Origin: a virus
Lineage: Duplodnaviria; Heunggongvirae; Uroviricota; Caudoviricetes
Strand: one strand, 5' to 3'
IMG/VR virus record: IMGVR_UViG_3300032335_000499
DNA: 64,000 nt
The translations under genes were made by a program, and so were the position numbers. Numbering within the stretch: the first letter of the stretch is position 1; the number at the start of each line of letters is the position of its first letter. Positions 19,152 to 28,799 of the stretch are shown here, piece by piece. The notes under the pieces are model-generated. The model saw nothing but the letters and a program-made list of their open reading frames with translations, was not told the DNA's origin and did not search any database.

Positions 19152-19355
19152 ATGGGATATCGTGTTCTTCGTGACCGTGAGACTAAGTATCAGCCGCGCA
19201 AGGGTCTTGAAGGTCCCTTCTTCTATCCAAACGGTCGAGTAACATACTACGACCCGAAAGAGGGCGCATACTGGGACCCAACAACTGACTTTTATCTGTC
19301 TTTTGAGGAACAGAACGAACTCCAAAATATGATTTTTGATAAACTTAAGGCTTGA
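19152..19355 (+). CDS. small early hypothetical protein
   Basis: AAGGAG RBS; GLEGPF...YYDPKEGAYWDPTTDFY. Confidence 0.75.
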   Translation: MGYRVLRDRETKYQPRKGLEGPFFYPNGRVTYYDPKEGAYWDPTTDFYLSFEEQNELQNMIFDKLKA

Positions 19356-19380
19356 CATTGCAAGCCTACCGTTGTATAGT
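19352..19380 (+). promoter_or_regulatory. sigma70 promoter
   Basis: TTGACA-N17-TATAGT. Confidence 0.8.
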
Positions 19381-19412
19381 GATATATAAGCTGATAATTC
19401 AGGAGATATAAT

Positions 19413-20573
19413 ATGGCTCGTCGCCCCGCAATCATCAAAGCTAAGTCTACTAAGAAGACTACTCGTGCCCCTCGTCGCGGCGTCAATCGCTTTAGCTTGA
19501 TGCCCACTGACAATTGGGATAAGGCTAGGTTCTTTGCTCACTATGATGTTGAGCGCAAAGATTGCGGCAACAAGGTTAGGGAGTATATCAAACAGAACTT
19601 TCCTAAAGATGTACTGACTAAGATCAATCGTCTTCCTGATTGGAAGGTTGATATGTATAGTCATTGGGCTGCTACTGCCCATCTTCTTGAAGTTAATCCT
19701 AATCTTGTTCCAGATGGCTATAAGACTGGTCTCGTTAAGTGGATTGAGACGCTTGCCATTGAAGGTTCTGCACTCACTGCTAAGAAAGAAGAAACCGAAG
19801 GTGAAGAGAAGCCTAAGAAGGTAGTCAACATTCAGGAAATTATGCGTGAAAAGGCTGATGAAGCCTTCGGCGACATTGAAGCACTGTTTGACGAATTTAT
19901 TGATTCGGGCTGCTCTAAGGATTTCAGCGTTGACAAGAAGGTGGTAGGCGCACTGGCTACTCGTAATATTCTCCCGCAGCATATGGCTAGTGCTATCAAG
20001 CGTTATCAACGACTGCTTGACGAATATCTTGAAGTTCAGGGTGGCAAGTGCGATCAATTGAACGAGGGCTATAGTCACTATAGCAAGATGCAAATCCGTT
20101 ACGCTATCAAGATTATCGAAGACATTATCGCCGAAATGAATGGCTACATCAGTCTTAAGCAGGCTACTAAGAAGCCTCGTGCTAAGAAGGCTGTACCTGT
20201 TGAAAAGATTGTCGCTCGTCTTAAGTATTGTAAGGCGTTTAAGGACGATGCACTCATGCTTGAACTTACTGGTCTAAGCCCCGTTAAGCTTCATGAGAGC
20301 ACCGAAGCTTGGGTCTATGACACTAAGAAGCGTAAGATGCATCACTACGTTGCAGACGCTTACAGTAAGTGTCTGATGGTCAAGGGCAATACTATCATTG
20401 GTTTTGACAAGAAAGAAAGCGGCATGAAGACGCTTCGCAAGCCTGTTGAACAGATTAAGGCGTTGATGGGTAGTAAGCCCGTTGCTCGTAAGTATTTCAA
20501 GGAGATCAAGGCTGTTGAGGCTGTACCAAATGGTCGCTTCAATGCTGATATGGTCATCCTCAAAGCATTCTAA
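19413..20573 (+). CDS. hypothetical early protein
   Basis: 386 aa, AGGAG RBS, high-expression codon bias, basic C-terminal domain. Confidence 0.75.
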   Translation: MARRPAIIKAKSTKKTTRAPRRGVNRFSLMPTDNWDKARFFAHYDVERKDCGNKVREYIKQNFPKDVLTKINRLPDWKVDMYSHWAATAHLLEVNPNLVPDGYKTGLVKWIETLAIEGSALTAKKEETEGEEKPKKVVNIQEIMREKADEAFGDIEALFDEFIDSGCSKDFSVDKKVVGALATRNILPQHMASAIKRYQRLLDEYLEVQGGKCDQLNEGYSHYSKMQIRYAIKIIEDIIAEMNGYISLKQATKKPRAKKAVPVEKIVARLKYCKAFKDDALMLELTGLSPVKLHESTEAWVYDTKKRKMHHYVADAYSKCLMVKGNTIIGFDKKESGMKTLRKPVEQIKALMGSKPVARKYFKEIKAVEAVPNGRFNADMVILKAF

Positions 20574-20584
20574 AAGGAAAATAT

Positions 20585-20998
20585 ATGACAACTCAAATTG
20601 ATTTAAACAAGTACGCAGATTTTGTTCTTACTGTAGCGTCGGAACCTAGCAAGGATGCAGAAACATTTGTAGAGCATGTTCGTAAGCTACACAACAACAG
20701 CCGTGTTAATATCCCGTTGCTACTCACTTCAGGTATCGGTCTTGCTAGTGAAGGTGGAGAGTTCAACGAAATCGTGAAGAAGATTTTCTTTCAGGGTAAG
20801 CCCCTCAACGAAGAAAACATTTTTCATATGAAGCGTGAACTAGGCGATATTATGTGGTATTGGATGAACGCTTGTAACGCACTTGGTCTTGATCCTAACG
20901 ATGTTATTGCTGAAAACGTTAGCAAGCTAGAAGCACGTTATCCAGGCGGCGAGTTTGATGCACACTACAGCGAGAACCGCAAAGAAGGTGACTTGTGA
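20585..20998 (+). CDS. mazG: MazG-like nucleotide pyrophosphohydrolase
   Basis: GLASEGGEFNEIVKK...KRELGDIMWY...NVSKLEARYP. Confidence 0.85.
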   Translation: MTTQIDLNKYADFVLTVASEPSKDAETFVEHVRKLHNNSRVNIPLLLTSGIGLASEGGEFNEIVKKIFFQGKPLNEENIFHMKRELGDIMWYWMNACNALGLDPNDVIAENVSKLEARYPGGEFDAHYSENRKEGDL

Positions 20999-21234
20999 GC
21001 AATAAGCTTGAAGCATCTATTTTAAAACTTATCGCTGAACAGTTTGGTTTAGGCAAAGTACATCCTAAAGATCGTCTCATTGAGGATTTAAAGGGCGATG
21101 CATTAGACGCAATTGAACTTGTAATGCGCCTAGAAGAAGAATTTAATGTTCAGATACCTGATGAAAAACTAGACTATATCATCACTGTACAGGATGCTAT
21201 TGATTGCGTTATTAAAAGTAAGCAGTTAGTTTAA
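20995..21234 (+). CDS. acyl carrier protein homologue lacking the phosphopantetheine serine
   Basis: IIAEQ-like helix 1, EDLKGDALDAIELVMRLEEEFNVQIPDE...TVQDAID; DSL is DAL. Confidence 0.85.
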   Translation: MSNKLEASILKLIAEQFGLGKVHPKDRLIEDLKGDALDAIELVMRLEEEFNVQIPDEKLDYIITVQDAIDCVIKSKQLV

Positions 21235-21257
21235 GTACAATAGAATAGAGGTCGTGG

Positions 21258-21292
21258 TCGTTTCCTGATAAATAAAGTATAACAGGAAACGA
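21258..21292 (+). promoter_or_regulatory. late promoter in the loop of an RBS-occluding hairpin
   Basis: TCGTTTCCTG / CAGGAAACGA perfect 10 bp stem; ATAAATA 21268-21274 in the loop. Confidence 0.8.
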
Positions 21293-21294
21293 AC

Positions 21295-22080
21295 ATGGCA
21301 GCAGACCTTCTAGCAACACCAAATAACCAAGACTTAATTGAGTACAAGCAAGGACTCTTTGAGAACCTTCGTCTACGTATGGGCGGCGACATTGTTGACC
21401 TCGAACTTGACCCTCAGCACTATGAAGCAGCATATAATTATGCCATCAAGCTTTACCGCCAAAGAGCGCAGAACGCTAACATAGAATCATACACACTCTT
21501 CACCGTACAGAAGAATGTGTATGAATACACGTTGCCCAGCGAATTCATCAACGTAAGATCCCTGTTCAGACGCACAGTAGGGCTTGAGACAGGTCCAAGT
21601 TCAACGTCATTTGACCCGTTCTCAAGTGCAATTCTCAATACCTATCTACTGAATTATAACTATACCGGTGGTCTTGCTACATACGATTTTTATGCAGGCT
21701 ACGTAGAACTTACAGCACGTATGTTTGGTGGTTATCTTACATATACCTTTAACCCGGTTAGTAAGTTGCTAAAGGTCACTAGAGACTTCAAAGGAACCGG
21801 CGAACGCATTCTTATTTGGGCAGACGTACAACGTCCCGAACTAGAATTGTTACAGGATCCTGGCGCAGGGGTTTGGATTGGCGACTATATCCTAGCAGTG
21901 CTTAAAGGCATCATTGGTGAAGCTCGTGAGAAGTTTCAATCAATTGCAGGTCCTGGTGGCGGAACGTCACTGAATGGTGCTGCTATGAAGGCTGAATCCA
22001 AAGCAGACCAAGAGCGATTGATAATGGAATTGAAAGCCTACGTAGATTATTCGCAGCCTCTCACTTGGGTACAAGGTTAA
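21295..22080 (+). CDS. gp13: neck protein (gp13-like)
   Basis: LRLRMGGDIVDLELD, EAREKF...GPGGGTSLNG, C-terminal PLTWVQG. Confidence 0.75.
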   Translation: MAADLLATPNNQDLIEYKQGLFENLRLRMGGDIVDLELDPQHYEAAYNYAIKLYRQRAQNANIESYTLFTVQKNVYEYTLPSEFINVRSLFRRTVGLETGPSSTSFDPFSSAILNTYLLNYNYTGGLATYDFYAGYVELTARMFGGYLTYTFNPVSKLLKVTRDFKGTGERILIWADVQRPELELLQDPGAGVWIGDYILAVLKGIIGEAREKFQSIAGPGGGTSLNGAAMKAESKADQERLIMELKAYVDYSQPLTWVQG

Positions 22081-22083
22081 GGC

Positions 22084-22112
22084 TTGACAACACTCACTTC
22101 TTATGTTATAGT
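22084..22112 (+). promoter_or_regulatory. sigma70 promoter (leaderless)
   Basis: TTGACA-N17-TATAGT, ATG 6 nt downstream. Confidence 0.8.
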
Positions 22113-22118
22113 ATAAGA

Positions 22119-22754
22119 ATGATCATAGGAATAACAGGACTCATCGGTAGCGGCAAAGATACAGCCGCTGACTATCTTTGCACATTTCACGGCTTCAAGC
22201 GTATGAGCTTTGCTGGTACACTTAAGGATGCTGTTGCAGTTATCTTTAACTGGGACCGTGAACTTCTAGAAGGCTCAACTAAAGCCAGCCGTGAATGGCG
22301 AGAAGAAGTTGACACTTGGTGGGCAGAACGATTGGGCATCCCCAATCTGACTCCCCGCTGGGTACTACAGCAATGGGGAACAGATGTTGCCCGCAAGAAC
22401 TTTCATAATGATATTTGGGTAGCAAGCGTTGAAAATCGCTTGCAGGGTATCAAGGATGATATCGTAATCACTGATTGCCGCTTTGCTAATGAAGTAACTG
22501 CTATCAAGAATGCAGGAGGTATCACTCTTAGAACTCATCGCGGTGAGGACCCTGATTGGCTTGTAATAGCAGAATTGCATAATGAAGCGGATAATGACAA
22601 AGATAAAACATATCTTAAAGACCTGCTAGAACAGAATCATAATGTTCATGCTAGCGAATATAGCAGTGTTGGGCTAGACTACGATTACCACATTGACAAT
22701 AACGGAACGATTGACTATCTACATACTCAGATGAAATCAATAATCAACCGTTAA
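22119..22754 (+). CDS. gp1: deoxynucleoside monophosphate kinase
   Basis: IGITGLIGSGKDT, SFAGTLKD, TPRWVLQQWGT, ITDCRFANE, HASE. Confidence 0.9.
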   Translation: MIIGITGLIGSGKDTAADYLCTFHGFKRMSFAGTLKDAVAVIFNWDRELLEGSTKASREWREEVDTWWAERLGIPNLTPRWVLQQWGTDVARKNFHNDIWVASVENRLQGIKDDIVITDCRFANEVTAIKNAGGITLRTHRGEDPDWLVIAELHNEADNDKDKTYLKDLLEQNHNVHASEYSSVGLDYDYHIDNNGTIDYLHTQMKSIINR

Positions 22755-23090
22755 GTCACCACGTTTCCAAGTCACTTCCTTCTTCTTAACTACTTCGACA
22801 CAGTTAAGGCAGATAGTTCTTAGATTATTGAAAGCTACATTAGTCAGATTGCCGTCGATATGAAAGACAGTCATCTGACTAGGATATAAACTTTTGAAGC
22901 CGCACAAGTCACAGTGCGGTTTCTTTTTATATCCAGCCTTTTCCCAGCTAGGCACAATAGGCTTCTTCTTAACTTTCTTCTTCCCGCAGTTATCACAAAT
23001 GCGTCGGTAATAGGTTTTACCATTGCGGATATAGTTTATAGCGCAATAGTTCTTATTACATTCCTTACAGATTGGTCGTTGTATAGGCAT
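22737..23090 (-). CDS. zinc-finger / HNH-like protein
   Basis: CKEC, CDNC, CDLC, FHIDGN...NLRTICLNC. Confidence 0.65.
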   Translation of the reverse strand: MPIQRPICKECNKNYCAINYIRNGKTYYRRICDNCGKKKVKKKPIVPSWEKAGYKKKPHCDLCGFKSLYPSQMTVFHIDGNLTNVAFNNLRTICLNCVEVVKKKEVTWKRGDLTVDY

Positions 23091-23094
23091 CAAC

Positions 23095-23101
23095 TATTTA
23101 G
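23095..23101 (-). promoter_or_regulatory. late promoter CTAAATA
   Basis: Reverse strand CTAAATA-GTTG-ATG. Confidence 0.55.
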
Positions 23102-23151
23102 TTGGTTTTTACCTTTAAAGGTCCCCCTATACCAGCTTTTTTAATTTATTT

Positions 23152-23159
23152 TATAAATA
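23152..23159 (+). promoter_or_regulatory. late promoter TATAAATA
   Basis: Exact T4 late consensus upstream of tail sheath. Confidence 0.8.
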
Positions 23160-23232
23160 TAGTTACAAGCCCAGAGAAGTGTATTCTGGGTTTAGGTGGT
23201 AAACCTCAGAATCATACAAAGGAAAAAAGAAT

Positions 23233-26200
23233 ATGGCACTAGTATCTCCAGGTGTAGAAGTTACAGTAATCGATGAGTCTCAGTATCTTCCAGCCCCAAC
23301 TAACACAATACCTCTTATTGTGCTTGCGACCGCACAAAACAAAGCTGAACCTTCTGGAGCAGCAGTAGCAGTCGGCACAACAGCCGCTAACGCCGGCAAG
23401 CTCTATCAGGTTACTAGCCAGCGTGATCTAGTCACTCTCTACGGTACTCCATTCTTCTACGAAACTTCAAACGGTACACCGATTCAGGGTTACGAACTCA
23501 ATGAATACGGTCTGCTTGCTGCTTACTCTGCACTAGGTATTACTAATCGTGTATTCACCATGAGAGCAGACATTGATCTTGCAAGTCTTGTAGGTCAAAC
23601 AGGACGCCCAACTGGTAACCCAGACAACGGCGCGTATTGGCTTGATACTACAACTTCAACTTGGGGTATCTATGAATTCAACTCAACAACTGGTCAGTTC
23701 GCATTACAATCTCCAATTGTAATCAGTTCTGCTGATCAAGTTTCTGGTAATGTTCCTCTTTCTAGTGTAGGACAAATCGGTGACTATGCAATTGTTGCAA
23801 TTCCTACATACGACTATCCAAGTGCATCTACTGCGGGAATGTATTTCTATAAGACACCAGCAAATGAATGGGTACGTATTGGATCAGCAGACTGGGCTAG
23901 TTCTTGGCCAACCATTCAAGCTTCGCAGGTTAACCCAACATTGACTGCCGGTAATGTATTGACACTTAACGCCAGCGATCAATATGCTTTGGAAGTTACA
24001 GTTCAATCTGCTCCAAACAACACTATAGCTGTTATGGCAGCAGACATCAATGCATTTAACTATCCATTCATTTCAGCAGAGGTTATCAGCGGCAGACTTG
24101 TTATCTATTCAGCACAGCTTAATCAGCAGGGCGCTACGGTCAGTCCATTCATTACTGCAACCGGAACCGGAACAGTTTTAGCTGATTTAGGAATAACCGG
24201 TAGTACACCTAATTACGAACCCGCTTTTTTCTGGGGCACTGCATCACAGCAGCCACTATGGCAAGCTGGACAGACTGTTCCTCGCCCATCTGGTTCAATA
24301 TGGGTAAAGGTTGGTTCAGCAGGTAATGGATTAGACTCTGCAATTTCAGAGTGGAGCTCTACTACTTCTTCTTGGATTCCTAAGACAGTATCTTATTATA
24401 CTTCAGATTGGGCAGCAATTGCCGCACTAGATGCTAGCGGTGGCGAGAATATCCCAGCAGGAAGTGTTTATGCTCAATATTTCTTCAACAGCGGTAGTGT
24501 TTATAATGGATCAAATCCTAATTCTTACTTACAAGCACCGGTCTACTACTGGGAAAGAATTGCAGAAGGTCCTACAGTTATTACTGGTTCAGTATTGAAC
24601 CCAACATTTACTAGCGGACCATACACTGTTTCAGTAAATACTACTCTTCCAGGAACACTAACATTGTCATCAACTTACACAGTGACTATCCCGGATAATG
24701 CGACCACAACTGATGTTGTTACTGCTTGGTCAGCGGCTGGAATCCCCTACACTACTTGCACTGTTACTGATGCAGGAGCGTTGCAAATTACTCATACTGC
24801 GGGCGGCGCCATTATTCTAGAAGACTTTAATAGCTCTGCTATCAGCAACGGTTGGATTGAAGAAGCTGGCTTCATCATCGGAGATACAACTGGTGTTAAG
24901 GAAGGACCATTCGTAGTCACTTCTTTTCAACCAACACAAACTTCAACAACTGGCGTGGGTACTGGTCTACAGATTAACGTAAAAAACTACTATGAAACTT
25001 ACTTAATTAACGCAACCTCATTCGCTAACGACGGAAGTGGTTATGCAGTGGGCGATGAAGTTACATTTAGTGGTACACAGCTAGGTGGAACTTCTCCTGC
25101 TAATGATTTGACTTGTGTTGTCAATGCGGTCAGCAGTGGCAACGTAACAGAACTCGTTTATCTGAGTGGTGAAGGTGCAGTCGCATATTCTACTACGTTG
25201 TCAAATTGGGTAGAATTCTCAATGACAGCTAACGAAGGTGCTCCAACTGAGGCCCCAGTCAATAACACTAACTGGTTCTACTCAGTAGTTGACGAAGTTG
25301 ATATTATGGTTAATACATCAACTGGCTGGGTCGGATACAAAAACACTAACTATGACAGTAGTGGTTTCCCTCAACCATCAGGTACAAACACAACTGATCC
25401 TAACGGACCACTAGTAAGCGCAAGTGAACCAACAACTCAGAGCGATGGTACTGCACTCGTATACGGTGATATTTGGATTGATACAAGTGATCTTGAAAAT
25501 TATCCAATTATCAATCGTTGGCAGTCAGTAGACACTGTTGACAGATGGGTTCGCATCGATAACACTGATCAGACCGGTTCTACTGGTGTATTATTTGCTG
25601 ATGCACGTTGGGCAACTAACGGTACTACTAACCCAGCGAATGATCCGATTCCATCAATTAAGAGCTTGCTAACTAGCGACTATCTTGATTTGGATGCTCC
25701 GACTAACACTTCATACCCAGTAGGTATGCTATTGTTTAACACTCGTCGTTCAGGCTATAACGTTAAGCAGTATCGTGTAAACTACTTTAACAACGACACC
25801 TTCCCTGATGAAACTCTACCAACAGAGAAGGATGCATGGGTAACGGCAAGTGGTCTACAGTCTAACGGTTCTCCTTATATGGGTCGTAAGGCACAGCGTA
25901 ACATGGTAGTTCAGGCACTAAGATCAGCAGTTGACACTAACACTGCAATTCGTGATGAAGATAATACTTTCAACCTCATTGCTTGCCCCAACTATCCTGA
26001 ACTTCAGCCTAACATGATTGTGTTGAACGCTGACCGTGGAGAAACAGGATTCATTATTGGTGATACTCCAATGAGACTCCCGGATGATGCTACAGCAATT
26101 CAAGCATGGGCAACTAATGCTGCTGGCGCAACATCGACTGGCGAAGAAGGGCTAGTATCTCGCAGTACTTATATGGGTCTATTCTACCCAAGCGGTATTG

Positions 26201-26823
26201 CACCGGACTTGAATGGCAATTTAGTTGCAGTTCCTTCATCACACATGATGATCAGAACAATTCTTCGTAATGACAATGTTGCTTATCCTTGGTTTGCACC
26301 AGCTGGTACTCGTCGTGGTATCATCGATAACGCAACTAATATTGGTTACGTAGACTCAATAACTGGTGAATTCCAAGTAATCAAGACTAGAATCGGTATT
26401 CGTGACGTATTGTATGTGAATCAGATTAACCCAATGGTCTTCTTCACTGGAAACGGATTGCTTAACTATGGTAACAAGTCAAGCTTTGCATCAAATTCTG
26501 CACTTGACAGAATTAACGTTGCAAGACTTATTGCTTATATCCGTAGACAGCTAACTGTTGCTGCTCGTCCTTTCGTATTCGAACCAAATGACTCGATTAC
26601 AAGACAGCAGATTGCAGGTGTCGTAGAAACTCTAATGGTCGACCTAGTCGCTAAGAGAGGTCTCTATGACTATCTTGTAGTTTGTGATGAGTCAAACAAC
26701 ACTCCGGCTCGTATCGATAGAAATGAACTTTGGGTAGACGTTGCAATTGAACCTGTTAAGGCAATTGAATTCATCTACATTCCGGTTCGTGTTCTGAACA
26801 CCGGTGAGTTGAGCGGCGCATAA
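23233..26823 (+). CDS. gp18: contractile tail sheath protein with large insertions
   Basis: MALVSPGVEVTVIDES; PWFAPAGTRRG, INPM, LDRINVARL, FVFEPND, CDESNNTP, PVKAIEFIYI. Confidence 0.95.
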   Translation: MALVSPGVEVTVIDESQYLPAPTNTIPLIVLATAQNKAEPSGAAVAVGTTAANAGKLYQVTSQRDLVTLYGTPFFYETSNGTPIQGYELNEYGLLAAYSALGITNRVFTMRADIDLASLVGQTGRPTGNPDNGAYWLDTTTSTWGIYEFNSTTGQFALQSPIVISSADQVSGNVPLSSVGQIGDYAIVAIPTYDYPSASTAGMYFYKTPANEWVRIGSADWASSWPTIQASQVNPTLTAGNVLTLNASDQYALEVTVQSAPNNTIAVMAADINAFNYPFISAEVISGRLVIYSAQLNQQGATVSPFITATGTGTVLADLGITGSTPNYEPAFFWGTASQQPLWQAGQTVPRPSGSIWVKVGSAGNGLDSAISEWSSTTSSWIPKTVSYYTSDWAAIAALDASGGENIPAGSVYAQYFFNSGSVYNGSNPNSYLQAPVYYWERIAEGPTVITGSVLNPTFTSGPYTVSVNTTLPGTLTLSSTYTVTIPDNATTTDVVTAWSAAGIPYTTCTVTDAGALQITHTAGGAIILEDFNSSAISNGWIEEAGFIIGDTTGVKEGPFVVTSFQPTQTSTTGVGTGLQINVKNYYETYLINATSFANDGSGYAVGDEVTFSGTQLGGTSPANDLTCVVNAVSSGNVTELVYLSGEGAVAYSTTLSNWVEFSMTANEGAPTEAPVNNTNWFYSVVDEVDIMVNTSTGWVGYKNTNYDSSGFPQPSGTNTTDPNGPLVSASEPTTQSDGTALVYGDIWIDTSDLENYPIINRWQSVDTVDRWVRIDNTDQTGSTGVLFADARWATNGTTNPANDPIPSIKSLLTSDYLDLDAPTNTSYPVGMLLFNTRRSGYNVKQYRVNYFNNDTFPDETLPTEKDAWVTASGLQSNGSPYMGRKAQRNMVVQALRSAVDTNTAIRDEDNTFNLIACPNYPELQPNMIVLNADRGETGFIIGDTPMRLPDDATAIQAWATNAAGATSTGEEGLVSRSTYMGLFYPSGIAPDLNGNLVAVPSSHMMIRTILRNDNVAYPWFAPAGTRRGIIDNATNIGYVDSITGEFQVIKTRIGIRDVLYVNQINPMVFFTGNGLLNYGNKSSFASNSALDRINVARLIAYIRRQLTVAARPFVFEPNDSITRQQIAGVVETLMVDLVAKRGLYDYLVVCDESNNTPARIDRNELWVDVAIEPVKAIEFIYIPVRVLNTGELSGA

Positions 26824-26828
26824 TAAGT

Positions 26829-26859
26829 AAGGTGAGGGGTCATAACGGCCCCTCACTTT
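26829..26859 (+). terminator. hairpin terminator
   Basis: AAGGTGAGGGGTC-ATAAC-GGCCCCTCACTTT. Confidence 0.7.
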
Positions 26860-26865
26860 AAAAAG

Positions 26866-26872
26866 ATAAATA
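26866..26872 (+). promoter_or_regulatory. late promoter ATAAATA
   Basis: Before tail tube AGGAG RBS. Confidence 0.75.
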
Positions 26873-26892
26873 CTTTTACAGGAGAATATAAA

Positions 26893-27531
26893 ATGGCAAC
26901 AGCCTCACAATCATTGTTCAATATGACCGTAGCGTCTGATAATGCGGGTGGCAACCAAGGTCTACTAATGCCTAAACTTCAATTCCGCTTCAGAGTTAAC
27001 TTTTTGAACTTTGGGGTTGATTCTGATAGTGGACTTCAGTTGACTAAGCAAGTAATTGACTGCTCACGACCAAACCTCTCATTCGCTGAAATTCCAATTC
27101 AGATATATAACTCAACTTTAAAGTTGGCAGGTAAACATACTTGGGCAGATATGTCTGTTAACATTCGTGACGATGCTTCAGGAACCGTTTCGAAAGCAGT
27201 TGGTCAACAGCTACAGAAGCAACTTGATTTCGTTGAGCAGGCATCTGCTGCAACTGGTCAAGACTACAAATTCCAAACAAACGTTGAAATTCTCGACGGT
27301 GGTAACGGCGCACTAGCTCCTACTGTTCTTGAAACTTGGGAACTATATGGCTGCTTCTTGAAGTCAGTTAACTATAACGCACTTAACTATGGTACTTCTG
27401 AAGCAGTAACAATGGCACTTTCAATCGCCTACGATAACGCAGTTCAATCACCTCTTCAATCAGGTGTTGGTACTTCTGTTGGTCGTGCATTCGGTGGCGC
27501 TTCTGTTACAGGTATCGGCGCTACTACCTAA
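26893..27531 (+). CDS. gp19: tail tube protein
   Basis: Follows sheath; PKLQFRFRV, AGKHTW, WELYGCF, LSIAYD. Confidence 0.85.
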   Translation: MATASQSLFNMTVASDNAGGNQGLLMPKLQFRFRVNFLNFGVDSDSGLQLTKQVIDCSRPNLSFAEIPIQIYNSTLKLAGKHTWADMSVNIRDDASGTVSKAVGQQLQKQLDFVEQASAATGQDYKFQTNVEILDGGNGALAPTVLETWELYGCFLKSVNYNALNYGTSEAVTMALSIAYDNAVQSPLQSGVGTSVGRAFGGASVTGIGATT

Positions 27532-27547
27532 TAATTAGGACAAATTA

Positions 27548-28783
27548 ATGTCACTAGGAAATTGGGGTCAAAGTTTATTACAGGACGCTGCCGGAGCTTT
27601 CTTCGGCAGCGACTACCTCAGAGACTATACCCACGCTTCTAAAACATTCAGAACGAATTCGTATCAGAATGCACCGAAGCTTAAATTTCTCTTTCATACA
27701 TATTTTGATATCAACCCCGATGCATATTCTGTAGATGGAAATTACGGATTGCTGGTTAAAGAAGTTAAGTTACCTTCGTTCAATGTTCAAACTCAGCAAT
27801 TAAATCAGTATAATAGAAAACGTATTGTACAGACTAAAATAAGATACGACCCTATTGAAATAACGTTCCATGACGATAATAACAACCAAGCAACAAAGCT
27901 TTGGGAAGCATATTATACTTACTACTATAACGATGCTAATAAGCCTGGTATAGTTTTCGCCGGCAACAGAGGCGGCTCCGGTAGTTCAAGTGGCAAATTA
28001 TATAATAATAATAATATCTATGACACTTCAATTAGCGGCGACGATGATTGGGGCTTTACAGGTGGTCAAACAGATTCGTCTACTGGAAAGAAAGTTCCAT
28101 TCTTTAAGAACATCACCGTGTTCGGCTTCAATCAACACAACTTTACTGCATACTCGTTAGTAAATCCTATTATAACATCATTCGGACATGACACTTATAA
28201 CTATAGCGAAGGCGGCGGAGTCATGCAGAATAGAATGACTATCGACTATGAAACTGTAGTATATAACTATGGTGCATTAGATGGTAGATCACCTGGCGAT
28301 ATTGTTACTGGCTTCGGAGACACTGCAAATTATGATACGACAGTAAGCCCTATATCTAATCCCGGTGCAAATGGAACTATATTGGGTAAAGGTGGTCTTG
28401 TGGACGCTGTGGGCGGAACGATTGAAGCATTAGGAGAGGGCAATATTTTGGGCGCTATTAAAACTGCTGGAACAGCTTACAACACATTTAAGAATATTAA
28501 CGTAAAAACTACTGTAAAAGCAGAATTAGATGCAATGCTCAGAAACACAATTCAAAATACTCCAAATACTAGAAATACACTCTTTGATTTCCCAACTGCT
28601 GGCATGAGTCCAGGAACTGTTGGTACTGCTGGTGCTCCCACCATCGGCGCACTTACTCAGCCACCAGCAGTTAATACTAATATAACAAATGCCGGAACAC
28701 AAAATAACGGTGCAAACTTGATTAATCCCCCAATATTCTCTGGATTCGCCCCTGAATCAGAATTTACGGGCACAGTAGTTTAA
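27548..28783 (+). CDS. tube-fold baseplate/tail-tube junction protein (gp54/gp48-like)
   Basis: VKEVKLPSF, QYNRK, YDPIEITFHDD, MTIDYE tube-like pattern. Confidence 0.6.
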   Translation: MSLGNWGQSLLQDAAGAFFGSDYLRDYTHASKTFRTNSYQNAPKLKFLFHTYFDINPDAYSVDGNYGLLVKEVKLPSFNVQTQQLNQYNRKRIVQTKIRYDPIEITFHDDNNNQATKLWEAYYTYYYNDANKPGIVFAGNRGGSGSSSGKLYNNNNIYDTSISGDDDWGFTGGQTDSSTGKKVPFFKNITVFGFNQHNFTAYSLVNPIITSFGHDTYNYSEGGGVMQNRMTIDYETVVYNYGALDGRSPGDIVTGFGDTANYDTTVSPISNPGANGTILGKGGLVDAVGGTIEALGEGNILGAIKTAGTAYNTFKNINVKTTVKAELDAMLRNTIQNTPNTRNTLFDFPTAGMSPGTVGTAGAPTIGALTQPPAVNTNITNAGTQNNGANLINPPIFSGFAPESEFTGTVV

Positions 28784-28787
28784 GTGA

Positions 28788-28794
28788 ATAAATA
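28788..28794 (+). promoter_or_regulatory. late promoter ATAAATA (leaderless)
   Basis: 5 nt before ATG 28800. Confidence 0.7.
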
Positions 28795-28799
28795 GTATT

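Noticed and set aside
19068-20093. 341 aa minus-strand ORF
   Set aside because: Antisense to well-supported + strand genes with promoters and RBSs; no recognisable motif
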